DNA from: an uncultured Acidimicrobiia bacterium
GTDB taxonomy: Bacteria; Actinomycetota; Acidimicrobiia; Acidimicrobiales; Ilumatobacteraceae
Length of the DNA stretch: 64,000 bases
NCBI GenBank assembly: GCA_963774635.1
Contig: CAVZFS010000026.1
Span: 232,636-296,635, forward strand
Direction: 5' to 3'
Shown here: positions 54,226 to 63,429 of the stretch, in pieces
How the letters are laid out: each line of letters opens with the position of its first letter
How positions within the stretch are numbered: the first letter of the stretch is position 1
Notes under the pieces: model-generated
The model's input: only the letters and a program-made list of their open reading frames with translations
Told to the model about the DNA's origin: nothing
Databases searched by the model: none
Position numbers and translations under genes: made by a program

Positions 54226-55098
54226 TCAGGCGCGGCGGCCGGTGTGGCGTTCGATGAGTGCAGCGATGTCGTCGGGTCGCTCCTCCACGAGGTAGTGCTG
54301 TCCGTCGGGCACGACGTGCACGGAGACGTCGGACCACCCGAAGTTCGATCGCAGGTTGGCGGCCACGTCCTCCAGGACCGGACCGAACACGTGCTCACCG
54401 CCCGCCAGCAGTAACGGCACAGCGATCGGATCGCGGAGCGCGTCGTTGAACGTCACGTTGGTCGGGATGGCGCGATACACCTCGAACGCGGCCCGCAGGT
54501 GGGCAGCATCGCCGTACGCCGCGGCGTAGTGGCGCACGTCCTCCGCGGTGATCACGCCGTCAGCTCGCGTCCCGATGTCGAAGAAATAGCGGAAGTACGT
54601 CTCCTGCCGGTCAGCGACGAGCGCCTCGGGCAGACCAGGCACCATGTGGAACTGGCCGTGCCACAGCGGGACATCCAGGTCCGCGGTCGCGAACGGCTCG
54701 ACTCCCGGGATCAACGTCTCGATGATCGTGACGCTCCGCGCCGCCGTGGGATGAAGCCGGCCGTAGGCGTAGGCCACCCAGCCACCGATGTCATGCCCGA
54801 CGACGTCCACCGGACCGATACCGAGCCGCTCGACGAGGCGGTGCAGATCACCCGCCATCGTCGCCGCGTCGTAGCCGTCTCGTGGCGCATCGGAACCTCC
54901 GACGCCACGGAGGTCCACCGCCACCACGGTCGAGGTCCTCGCCAGGCGATCCATCACGCCGCGCCACTCGTACCAGTCCTGCGGAAACCCGTGAATGAGC
55001 AGCACGCCCGGGCCCGTGCCCCCACGCACGAGGTGCAACGAGACCTCGCCGACGTCGACGGTTTGGGACTCGAAGCCGCGCATGTCGGCGGGCTCCAC
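54226..55098 (-). CDS. alpha/beta hydrolase (epoxide hydrolase / haloalkane dehalogenase-like)
   Basis: 290 aa. LLIHGFPQDWYEWR, GHDIGG and DGQHYLVEERPD are typical of the family. Confidence 0.85.
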   Translation of the reverse strand: MEPADMRGFESQTVDVGEVSLHLVRGGTGPGVLLIHGFPQDWYEWRGVMDRLARTSTVVAVDLRGVGGSDAPRDGYDAATMAGDLHRLVERLGIGPVDVVGHDIGGWVAYAYGRLHPTAARSVTIIETLIPGVEPFATADLDVPLWHGQFHMVPGLPEALVADRQETYFRYFFDIGTRADGVITAEDVRHYAAAYGDAAHLRAAFEVYRAIPTNVTFNDALRDPIAVPLLLAGGEHVFGPVLEDVAANLRSNFGWSDVSVHVVPDGQHYLVEERPDDIAALIERHTGRRA

Positions 55099-55161
55099 GG
55101 AGACGCAACCTATCGAGACGGCAACGCGAGCACCATCCCGGGGTGCGGTAGCACGACTGGG

Positions 55162-56044
55162 TCAGTGCAGCGGCTTCTCGAACCAGTGGTGGGCGTACAG
55201 CTCGCTGTTGAACGGTGGGACCTCGACGTAACCCGCCGACTGGTACAGCGAGATGGCCTCCACCAGAGTGCGGTTCGTCTCCAGGCGGACAGCCGTGTCG
55301 CCGTGGGCCGCAGCGAGCGACTCCAGCTCGCTGAGGAGCCGTCGGCCAACCGACAGTCCCCGTGCGGACGGGGCGACCCACATTCGCTTGATGTACGCCG
55401 GCTCGCCGTCCTGCCACTTCAGCGCACCACAACCGATCGCCTCGTCGTGGAGGCGGGCGACCACGAACAGCCCGGCCGGCGGCCGCATCTCGGCGACATC
55501 CGGGTGCAGGCTGAGGGCGGCATCGAACCCGGCGTCGAAGCGCTCGTCGAGCTCGGCGAAGTACGACCGCAGGCACGCTTGAGCCTCGTCGCTGGTCGGG
55601 TCGACGACGTCGACGCGTACCAGCGCGGCAGTGAGGAGGCGGTCAACGCGGGTCATCGCCTCCACGAGCACGTCGCGCTGCGCTGGTGACAGCGGTGCGA
55701 GCAGCGCGGCGGCGAGGGCGTCGCTGCGCTCGTCCAGCAGCCGCCGCTCGGCGCGACCCGCGGGCGGTCAAGCGGGCGACTCGGATGCGGCGATCCCGCT
55801 CGCTGCTGCCGATCTCGACGAGTCCCTCGTCCTCCAGTCCTCGCAACAGGCGGCTGACGTAGCCGGCGTCGAGCTGGAGGCGCTCACGCAGCGTCCGCAC
55901 ATCGCAGCCATGGTCACCGATCTCCCACAGCAGGCGGGACGCGCCCAGCGGGCGGTTGCGGGCCAGGTAGTGGTCGTGCAGGGCACCGACGCGCTGCGTC
56001 ACCGTCCGGTTGAAGCGCCGCACGCACTCGACCTGCTGCTGCAT
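55162..56044 (-). pseudogene. bifunctional MarR-type HTH + GNAT acetyltransferase, 1-nt frameshift between the domains as sequenced
   Basis: The MarR part comes from ATG 56044 (MQQQVECVRRFNRTVTQRVGALHDHYLARNRPLGASRLLWEI...DRRIRVARLTARG). The GNAT part is in another frame (RAERRLLDERSDALAAALLAPLSPAQRDVLVEAMTRV...IKRMWVAPSARGLSVGRRLL). An extra C in the run 55757-55759 (a G-run on the coding strand) separates them. Confidence 0.8.
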
Positions 56045-56082
56045 ATCTCTGACGTTAGTCAAGCATTCGGAGCCCGATCGGA

Positions 56083-57099
56083 TCAGCGCACGTCGGGACC
56101 GACCGGTTCGCCGTCGACGATCTGATCGAGGTACTCGCTCATGCCGATGCCGACGTGCCCATTGCACTCGTAGCGGGTCATCGCCTCGGTGATCCTCGTC
56201 ATCAACTCGTTGCCGTCGGGATCGGTGCGTCGGTTGCGCAACGGGATCAACGACAGCACCGTGCCGGTCACCGCATACGTGTCGTGATCGGTGCGCACGT
56301 TGCAGCGCATCGCCGTCTGGTAGCGGTCCTCGTCCCAGTCGGACTCGATGGTGCACTCACGGATCAGGTGGTACTCATCGCCGACGAGCACCATGCCGGA
56401 GGACCGACCGCCGACGATCGAGATCATCATGGCGAACTCTGTGGAGAACGTCATCGGCAGCCAGCGGTACCAGCTGATCGCTTGCCAGTAGCGCGGTCCC
56501 CACGACTTGTCGCGCAGGCCGAGACCGTCGAGGTCGATCACCTCGTCGCCCACCACGATCGTGCCGGTCACCGCGCAGTGCTGCTCGTAATGCGCCTTGG
56601 CGAAGCTCCTGCCGGCCTCCTGCTCCACCTCCGTCCCGTCGGCGTGGACGGGTTTGCCGCCGTACATCGGTGACACGCCCCGGAAGTCGAGATCGACCTC
56701 GCATGGCTCCCACGGGTTGGCCTTGAACGCGAGCCGCGGCTCCGCCATCTGGCGCGGCTCGTCGAGCAGGCAGACCTTCCCGCGGTAGCGGACCTTGAGG
56801 TGGTGGAACGGCTGGATCACCTCGATCGAGAGGCCGCCGGCTTCCATCTTGTCGTTGCTGTCGATCGCCGGCCGGCCGTACACGAACCCGACCCGACCGC
56901 CCGGCAGGTAGATGCACACCGTCATCTCCGCGTAGCCCTCGTTGACCCGGTTGCCGAGCCGGAACCAGCCACCAACCTCGCGCCGAGCGTCGAAGGCATT
57001 CAGGTACATCGACTCGTTGTAGTTCTCGGCCGCGTCGGGCTCATGGGGGTACTCGTCCTCCGGCTCGAGCACGGTCACAACGTCGGTGCGCCTCGACAT
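56083..57099 (-). CDS. conserved hypothetical protein (beta-rich, no family confidently recognised)
   Basis: The track ORF is 56083..57207 and the start is at MSRRTDVVTVLEPEDEY. The 338-aa sequence is non-repetitive with G/C-rich third positions. The motif DKSWGPRYW suggests a conserved actinobacterial family. Confidence 0.7.
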   Translation of the reverse strand: MSRRTDVVTVLEPEDEYPHEPDAAENYNESMYLNAFDARREVGGWFRLGNRVNEGYAEMTVCIYLPGGRVGFVYGRPAIDSNDKMEAGGLSIEVIQPFHHLKVRYRGKVCLLDEPRQMAEPRLAFKANPWEPCEVDLDFRGVSPMYGGKPVHADGTEVEQEAGRSFAKAHYEQHCAVTGTIVVGDEVIDLDGLGLRDKSWGPRYWQAISWYRWLPMTFSTEFAMMISIVGGRSSGMVLVGDEYHLIRECTIESDWDEDRYQTAMRCNVRTDHDTYAVTGTVLSLIPLRNRRTDPDGNELMTRITEAMTRYECNGHVGIGMSEYLDQIVDGEPVGPDVR

Positions 57100-57230
57100 C
57101 GGGTCACCATCGCGCACGTGCTGTGGGCCCGACGTGTCAGGCGGGCGCGGACCACTCGGACCTGCCGCGATGCGTCGCGGTAGGGTTCGGCGACCACGCC
57201 CGACCATGGAGTAGGGAGTCCGACGTGGGG

Positions 57231-58061
57231 ATGACGGGCGACCGACTCCGCACGTCGGTCAGCGTGTTCGGCACGGTGTTCCGCAACCCCGGGCTGCGGC
57301 GCGTCAACCTCGCCTACGCCGGTTCGGTGATCGGAGACTGGGCCTACACGACGGCGGTCGCCATCTGGGTGTTCGAACGTGGTGGTGCCGGTGCCGTCGC
57401 GATCCTCGCCACGGTGCGCTACTTCATCCAGGCGGTGCTCGCCCCGGTGATGTCGACGCTCGCCGATCGTTTCGACAAGCGACGAGTCATGATCGGCGCC
57501 GACGTCGCCAGGGCGGTGTTGATCGTTGCCGGGTTCGTGGTGATCTCCGCTGACGGCCCGATCGGAGCCGTGTTCGCATTGGCCTGGTCGGCCGCCATCA
57601 TGTCGCTGGCGTTCGGGCCCGCCCAGGCGTCGTTGCTGCCCGGCCTCGCGTTCGAGCGCTCGCTCCACGCGGTCTGACCCTGCTCGGCCGGGTCCCGATG
57701 CTCGCCGTCCTACCGCCGGTGACGCGTAGAGCGTCTCGCCCTCCGGCTCGTCCCGAGCACGGTGCCCGCCGGGGCGATCGTCTTCGAGCAGGGTGACCCA
57801 GGCGACCGGTTCTGGATGATCGAGCGCGGGATCGCTGCCGTGAGCATCAACGGCGAGCACGTTCGCGACCTCGGCCCCGGCGACTCGTTCGGTGAGATCG
57901 CCCTCCTCCGCAACGTCCCCCGCACGGCCACCGTCAGCGCGGTGGACGACCTCGTCATGCAGGGCATCGAGCGGGGCGACTTCCTGGTCGCGGTGACGGG
58001 GCACGGTGAGTCGAACGAGCTCGCCGAATCCGTCGTCGAGCGCTGGCTCGCGCTGAGCTGA
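57231..58061 (+). pseudogene. remnant of an MFS transporter with a C-terminal cyclic-nucleotide-binding domain (internal deletion plus frame breaks)
   Basis: ATG 57231 opens a 4-TM MFS N-terminus (LAYAGSVIGDWAY...MSTLADRFDKRRVM...) that stops at 57675-57677. Frame 2 then reads LLGRVPMLAVLPPVT. From 57726, frame 0 reads VERLALRLVPSTVPAGAIVFEQGDPGDRFWMIERG...FGEIALL...RTATV, a cNMP-binding domain, to 58061. Confidence 0.65.
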
Positions 58062-58070
58062 TCGACGTCG

Positions 58071-58352
58071 TCAGACGCCGAGCGCAGCAAGGTGTCGAGC
58101 CAAGGGTGCGTCGAACATCTCGTGCGCGCTCGCCGCGGCGACGAGCCCGACGAAGCCGGCCTTCGGTCCGAAGAGCTTCGCCGTGATCGCCCCTGCGACG
58201 GTCCCGATGATGGCCGCGGCGAGGATCCGGGCTACAGGATCAGGTCGTTGCGCGATCCGGCGCGATGCCGCGGGCACGACCGATTCAGCTTGCTCACCGT
58301 CGCCCGACACCACGCCGACATTACCTCTGGACCGATACCGCCGGGCGGCCAT
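58071..58352 (-). CDS. small hypothetical membrane protein
   Basis: The track ORF is 58071..58409. ILAAAIIGTVAGAITAKLFGPKAGFVGLVAAASA is hydrophobic. There is no recognisable family and support is weak. Confidence 0.3.
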   Translation of the reverse strand: MAARRYRSRGNVGVVSGDGEQAESVVPAASRRIAQRPDPVARILAAAIIGTVAGAITAKLFGPKAGFVGLVAAASAHEMFDAPLARHLAALGV

Positions 58353-58421
58353 GTGCAGGCGCAACGCAGCCGCGCCAGCTCGTGCAGCCAGGCAGCCGCA
58401 GCGTGGCACGAATCCGCTTCG

Positions 58422-58847
58422 TCATCGAGTGGCCCATGGACCCATGCCGCGCACCTTTGTCGGAGTGACTCGGATCACGAAGCCTTCCGGCGGGTCGGGC
58501 ATGGGCGGAAACTCCGTCCCCGGGCCGACGTAGCGCTGGGCCAACTCATGAAGCAGCGCCGCGGCGCCGCCCTCGGTGATCGCCGCTGTGCCCTCGACGA
58601 CGAGATGGAACTGCATCCCCCACTGCTCGCCGTCGGCTTCGATCGAGAGTGTCACTCGAGGATCCCGCTCGATGTTCGCCACCTTCTGATCGCGCAACAG
58701 CTTGCCGATCACGACCTCGTCACCGTCGAGACCTACCCAAACCACCGTCGTATGGGGGCGGCCGTCTTTGGCGATCGTCGTGAAGTGGGCAAGCCGACCC
58801 GACTCGATCACGGCCCTGGCCTCGGAATTCAACGTGACGGCCACCAT
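58422..58847 (-). CDS. PPOX-class F420-dependent oxidoreductase family protein
   Basis: The track ORF is 58422..58922 and the start is at MVAVTLNSEARAVIESGRLAHFTTIAKDGRPHTTVVWV. ...VVIGKLLRDQKVANIERDPRVTLSI is typical of the family. Confidence 0.8.
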   Translation of the reverse strand: MVAVTLNSEARAVIESGRLAHFTTIAKDGRPHTTVVWVGLDGDEVVIGKLLRDQKVANIERDPRVTLSIEADGEQWGMQFHLVVEGTAAITEGGAAALLHELAQRYVGPGTEFPPMPDPPEGFVIRVTPTKVRGMGPWATR

Positions 58848-58950
58848 CCCTCTCCTCTCGGTCTTCGCCTGAAGCCTTTCAGCTAAGGTGATGTTCGGAG
58901 CGCCGGGAAGTCTGGTCGGCATCAGGGATTGCTCGATCGGAGCTCGTCAG

Positions 58951-60339
58951 ATGTCTCGTACCGATACCCGGGCGGCGCACCTGTCGGCGTCGTTCATCAA
59001 CCGCAACAATCCGCTTGCCCGCCTGGCTCGCCCGCTCGCCCGGTTCCTCCACATCGAGGCGGCCGGTGGCCTGCTGTTGCTGGCCGCCACGGTCGCCGCA
59101 CTGGTCTGGGCCAACTCGCCGTGGAGCGCCTCCTACGAGTCGCTGTGGACGACGCAGGTACGCGTCACCATTGGATCGTTCGAGTTCGACGAAGACCTCC
59201 TCCACGTCATCAACGACGGCCTGATGGCGGTGTTCTTCTTCGTCGTCGGCATGGAGATCAAGGGAGAGCTGGTGACCGGCGCCCTCCGCGATCGGCGCCA
59301 CGTTGCGCTTCCTGCTGCTGCCGCCCTCGGGGGCATGGTCGTCCCGGCGATGATCTACCTGGCGTTCAACGCGGGGAGTGACGCCGCTCGCGGTTGGGGC
59401 ATCCCGATGGCAACCGACATCGCCTTCGCGCTGGGGGTCCTGGCCGTCCTCGGATCACGCGTGCCCACGACGCTCAAGGTGTTCCTCCTCACCCTGGCCA
59501 TCGTCGACGACATCGGGGCGATCGCGGCGATCGCCATCTTCTACGCCGACGACCTGCGGCCGGCGTATCTGGGGGCGGCGGCGGGGGTCGTCGTGCTGGT
59601 GGCCGTCATGCGACGCCTCCACATGACGTACCCGCCGCTGTACATCGCGGCGGGCCTCGCATTGTGGCTCTGCGTCTTCGAAGCCGGCGTGCACGCCACC
59701 ATCGCCGGCGTCGTGATGGGCCTGCTGACACCAGCTACGCCGATGCAGTCCGAGTTCGAGGCGTCTGCCGTCGTCGACAGGCTGGAAAACCGTCGGGAGC
59801 TCGACGCCGCCGAGGTGCGGGCCGCCGCCGCTGCCATCAAAGAATCGGTGCCGCTCACGGAGCGCCTCATCGACGTGCTCCACCCCTGGACGAGCTACGT
59901 GATCGTCCCGGTGTTCGCCCTCGCCAATGCCGGCATCGCCCTCGGTGGCAACCCGCTCGGGGACGCACCAAGGGTTTTCCTCGGCGTAGGGGTCGGGCTC
60001 GTTGTCGGCAAACTGGTCGGCATCACCAGCTTCGCTGCGATCACCGTTCGCGCTGGGCTCGCCCGCCTCCCTGAGGGTGTGACGTGGTCGCAGTTCCTCG
60101 GCGCAGCGATGGTCGCCGGCATCGGGTTCACCGTGTCGCTGTTCATCACGGGCCTCGCCTTCGTCGAAGGCAGACTCGCCGACTCGGCCAAGGTCGCTGT
60201 CCTCTTCGCCTCGGTCGTCGCAGCCACCGTTGGTTCGGCGATCTTCGTGGCAACCGCCCGCGGACGCCCCGAGCGCGACCAGCCCGCGGACGACGCCGAG
60301 GCGGTGGCCCCAGCACCACGGCGAGATCTGGGGCCCTGA
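58951..60339 (+). CDS. nhaA: Na+/H+ antiporter NhaA
   Basis: The track ORF is 58888..60339 and the start is at ATG 58951. FLHIEAAGGLLLL, INDGLMAVFFFVVGMEIKGEL, WGIPMATDIAFALGVL and LAIVDDIGAI (the DD pair) are NhaA signatures. Confidence 0.9.
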   Translation: MSRTDTRAAHLSASFINRNNPLARLARPLARFLHIEAAGGLLLLAATVAALVWANSPWSASYESLWTTQVRVTIGSFEFDEDLLHVINDGLMAVFFFVVGMEIKGELVTGALRDRRHVALPAAAALGGMVVPAMIYLAFNAGSDAARGWGIPMATDIAFALGVLAVLGSRVPTTLKVFLLTLAIVDDIGAIAAIAIFYADDLRPAYLGAAAGVVVLVAVMRRLHMTYPPLYIAAGLALWLCVFEAGVHATIAGVVMGLLTPATPMQSEFEASAVVDRLENRRELDAAEVRAAAAAIKESVPLTERLIDVLHPWTSYVIVPVFALANAGIALGGNPLGDAPRVFLGVGVGLVVGKLVGITSFAAITVRAGLARLPEGVTWSQFLGAAMVAGIGFTVSLFITGLAFVEGRLADSAKVAVLFASVVAATVGSAIFVATARGRPERDQPADDAEAVAPAPRRDLGP

Positions 60340-60427
60340 AGGAGACCGCCGAAAGCGATCGCCGTCCTCGTCGGCGTCATGCCAGGACGGGATCGAGATC
60401 CGCCCGCCGCCGCGTAGTGTCACTGGG

Positions 60428-61123
60428 ATGAACCGGCTCGACCGGCTCTATGCGCTTGTCGAGGAGTTGCGGGCGGCCGGATCGTCGGGCCGCAGCGCGC
60501 GCCGGCTGGCGGATCGGTTCGAGGTCAGCGTGCGAACGATCGAGCGCGACGTCCTCGCACTGCAGGAGGCGGGTGTGCCGATCTCGGCACAGCTCGGCCG
60601 GCGCGGTGGCTACGTGCTCGATCGGTCGATGACGCTGCCGCCCCTCAATTTCACGCCGGCCGAAGCAGTCGCGCTGTCGGTCGGGCTGCGGCGCCTCGAG
60701 GACACCCCGTGGTCTCGTGACGCTCGCACCGCGTTGCTCAAGGTCCTCGCGGCGATGCCGGCAGGCGCCGCTGCCCGTGCCCGGTCACTGGCCGACGGTG
60801 TGCGGCTTCTCGTGCAGCCGCTCAGCGCGCCGGACCAGGCGATCGCCGATGCCGTGATGAGCGCCGTCGAGGACGCCACGCCGATCCTCATCGACTACCT
60901 CGACGTTGGTGGCCAGCCGACGCGGCGCGAAGTCGAGCCTCACCACGTCGTACTCGGACCGAACGGGTCTTACCTCACCGGCTGGTGCCGCATGCGCCAG
61001 GACGAACGCGTCTTCCGCATCGACCGCATCAACTCGGTGCAGCGACTGGCCGGCGCGTTCGAGCAACCCGTGCGCGAGGTCGGCGTCGAGGACTACGAGA
61101 CGCGCACGCTGGTGTGGGAGTGA
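60428..61123 (+). CDS. YafY-type transcriptional regulator (HTH + WYL domain)
   Basis: The track ORF is 60230..61123. ATG 60428 gives MNRLDRLYALVEELRAAGSSGRSARRLADRFEVSVRTIERDVLALQEAGVPI. ...VEPHHVVLGPNGSYLTGWCRMRQDERVFRIDRI is the WYL domain. Confidence 0.85.
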   Translation: MNRLDRLYALVEELRAAGSSGRSARRLADRFEVSVRTIERDVLALQEAGVPISAQLGRRGGYVLDRSMTLPPLNFTPAEAVALSVGLRRLEDTPWSRDARTALLKVLAAMPAGAAARARSLADGVRLLVQPLSAPDQAIADAVMSAVEDATPILIDYLDVGGQPTRREVEPHHVVLGPNGSYLTGWCRMRQDERVFRIDRINSVQRLAGAFEQPVREVGVEDYETRTLVWE

Positions 61124-61182
61124 CAGGAACCTCCCTGAAACACCGACACAGGGTTGTCGCCGAGGAGGTCCACGCTCAATCC

Positions 61183-61569
61183 ATGACCAACGCGTTCACC
61201 CCCAACACGCTCGCCTGGTTCGAGGTCGCGACCGACGACCCTGACACGGCCACCTCGTTCTATTCCGACCTCTTCGGCTGGACGTTCAGCCCCTTCGCCG
61301 ACCCCGAGACCACCGGCATGGACTACCGGGTGGCCGCGCGTGCGGGCAGCGACGTCCCGTTCGGCGGCGTCATGGCGACCGGCGGGGCGATGCCCGGCCA
61401 CGCTGTGTTCTACATCGCCGTCGCCGACGTCGCCGCCACCTGTCGGGCGGCCGAGCAGTTCGGCGGCAAAGTCGTGCGCAAGGAGCTCGACCCGCCGGCC
61501 GGGCCGGCATTCGCCTACCTGCAAGATCCTGTCGGCAGTTTGTTCGGTGTCTTCACCCCGCCCGCGTGA
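61183..61569 (+). CDS. VOC (glyoxalase) family protein
   Basis: The track ORF is 60985..61569 and the start is at ATG 61183. LAWFEVATDDPDTATSFYSDLFGW and AFAYLQDPVGSLFGVF fit the fold. Confidence 0.8.
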   Translation: MTNAFTPNTLAWFEVATDDPDTATSFYSDLFGWTFSPFADPETTGMDYRVAARAGSDVPFGGVMATGGAMPGHAVFYIAVADVAATCRAAEQFGGKVVRKELDPPAGPAFAYLQDPVGSLFGVFTPPA

Positions 61570-61579
61570 ACCTGTAGGC

Positions 61580-62245
61580 GTGAGCGCCCCCCGCACGCTG
61601 TACGACGACCTGACCGACGACCTGCTGTACGACCCGGCCGTCGGGCGTTCGACGATGATGGGCTACCCCTGCGTGCGCCGCGCCGGACGCTTCTTCGCCT
61701 CGTTCGACACGCGGGCCGAGGCGCTGGTCCTCAAGCTGTCGCGCGAGCGCGTCACCGAACTGGTCGCCGACGGCACCGGTGAGCCGTTCATCCCGAACGG
61801 CCGTGTGTTCCGCGAGTGGGTGACGATCCCTGAGCCCGACCCACACGTGTGGGAGCAGCTCCTCGCCGAGGCGCGCGACTACGCCGGACCCGGGCCGGTC
61901 GTACGCGGCAAGTACGACGAGGAACTCGCCGACCGCATTCGCGAAGTGCTGTCACAGCTGGGCGTCGACGGCGTGCGCGAGCAGAAGATGTTCGGTGGCC
62001 TCGCCTTCCTCGTCGATGGCCACATGGCCATCGCCGCCAGCCGTGAGGGCGGCGTGTTGTTGAGCGTCGACCGCGGCGACACCGAAACGCTGCTCCAGAA
62101 GCCGCACACCCGACCGATGGTGATGCGCGGCCGCGAGATGGCGGGCTGGCTGCGCGTCGACTCCGCTGGCGTGCGCACGAACCGCCAGCTCACTCCGTGG
62201 GTCAAGCGAGGCGTCGACCGAGCCCGCTCCCTACCGCCGAAGTAG
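61580..62245 (+). CDS. TfoX/Sxy N-terminal-domain family protein (two tandem TfoX_N-like halves)
   Basis: The track ORF is 61340..62245 and the start is at GTG 61580. The second half, VREQKMFGGLAFLVDGHMAIAAS...LLSVD, is TfoX_N-like. The first half (MMGYPCVRRAGRFFASFD...LVLKL) has the same pattern. Confidence 0.7.
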   Translation: MSAPRTLYDDLTDDLLYDPAVGRSTMMGYPCVRRAGRFFASFDTRAEALVLKLSRERVTELVADGTGEPFIPNGRVFREWVTIPEPDPHVWEQLLAEARDYAGPGPVVRGKYDEELADRIREVLSQLGVDGVREQKMFGGLAFLVDGHMAIAASREGGVLLSVDRGDTETLLQKPHTRPMVMRGREMAGWLRVDSAGVRTNRQLTPWVKRGVDRARSLPPK

Positions 62246-63054
62246 CACCGGCCGCGGCGGGCCGTCAGGGGCCCGTCGCTGCGGGTGCTTGGTCCATCGA
62301 CGCTCGCGGCGTCGACGAGTGGTCGGTCAGGGACGGTGATGAGTCCGCGGTTGGGTCGGTCGAGGTCGAACGAGATGAACAGAATGAGGAGCACGACGAC
62401 GGTGGCGACCAGCGACATGAGCAGTCCCCGCCCGAGCAGCGCGAGGTACAGGGCCAGTGCGCCAAGGGCGACGGCGGCGCCGAAGAGTTGGAGGGCCAGC
62501 ACCGTTGGCGGAACCCGATTGCGCACCGACGCCAATCGGTCGGAGTGGGCGTCGATCATCTCATTCAACGTCTCGACATAGAGTCGAGGTGCGCTTCCGA
62601 CTGGATCGGCGGTCACGGCGTTCCCTGCGAGGCGCCACAGCTCACGTTGAAGCTCGTCGATTCGCGCTGATGCCGCGCGGAACTCGGCCGATTCGGGGAC
62701 ATGGTCGGCGAATGCGAGGGCCGCATCGGCATATCGGACGAGCAGGTCGAGCGATGCCGAGCGGGTTGGTTCGGCCAACAACTGTGCCCGCAGGAACGTC
62801 GTGCCGATGGTGTCGGCCTCGTGCACGACAAGCGCACGCCGCGTGTCGTACCTGCCGACCGCCATGGTGAGTCCGAAGGCGAGCAGCAAACCGACGAGCC
62901 CGAGCAACGTCCCCTGCACGACGCCCACCGGCTCGTGGCGGACATTCGGCCGGTCTCGCAGCCGACGCCCGATGACGGTCCCGATCGCGACGGTGCCTCC
63001 GACGATGACGCACAACGCGAGGGTGACCGTCAGCGTGTTCAGGCGGAAGAACAT
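61879..63054 (-). CDS. DUF4239 (bestrophin-like) membrane protein; as sequenced the ORF overruns 366 nt into the convergent gene
   Basis: The start is at MFFRLNTLTVTLALCVIVGG (63054). HEADTIGTTFLRAQLL and two C-terminal TM helices fit DUF4239 (~250 aa). After ...ITVPDRPLVDAA the frame continues as low-quality sequence to 61879. An adjacent frame stops at 62265-62267. Confidence 0.6.
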   Translation of the reverse strand: MFFRLNTLTVTLALCVIVGGTVAIGTVIGRRLRDRPNVRHEPVGVVQGTLLGLVGLLLAFGLTMAVGRYDTRRALVVHEADTIGTTFLRAQLLAEPTRSASLDLLVRYADAALAFADHVPESAEFRAASARIDELQRELWRLAGNAVTADPVGSAPRLYVETLNEMIDAHSDRLASVRNRVPPTVLALQLFGAAVALGALALYLALLGRGLLMSLVATVVVLLILFISFDLDRPNRGLITVPDRPLVDAASVDGPSTRSDGPLTARRGRCYFGGRERARSTPRLTHGVSWRFVRTPAESTRSQPAISRPRITIGRVCGFWSSVSVSPRSTLNNTPPSRLAAMAMWPSTRKARPPNIFCSRTPSTPSCDSTSRMRSASSSSYLPRTTGPGPA

Positions 63055-63201
63055 CGGCCCCACTCTCGCAGTCGCCGACGAGTCGCTCCGTGCTCCGCGG
63101 CACTCGGAGAAGGGTGCGCGCTCGAGGTGCGGTACCAGGACGACCTGGCCCGCCACATGCTCCTACCGGCCCTCGTGGCCAGCGCGACCGGCTACCTGAC
63201 T

Positions 63202-63417
63202 TCAGAGAGGGCGATAGGCGAGCGGCTGGTCCTGTCCCCGAGCGCGGAACACTTCGTTGAGGGCGTGGACGAGGACGTTGTGGTCGGCGTCGCCGATGTC
63301 GCCGTCACCGCGTAGGTAGCCGTTGAGTTGGATGGCGTCCAGGGTGCCGCCGAGCGCGAAGTAGTCGACCCAAAGCTTCCATCGTCGACAGCCCGAGCTG
63401 TCGGCGCGCATCTTCAA
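63202..63417 (-). CDS. small hypothetical protein downstream of the GAF-ANTAR gene
   Basis: 71 aa. LWVDYFALGGTLDAIQLNGYLRGDGDIGDADHNVLVHALNEVF reads like a folded small domain, and third positions are G/C-rich. I cannot name a family with certainty. Confidence 0.4.
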   Translation of the reverse strand: MKMRADSSGCRRWKLWVDYFALGGTLDAIQLNGYLRGDGDIGDADHNVLVHALNEVFRARGQDQPLAYRPL

Positions 63418-63429
63418 GCCGGAGATGAT

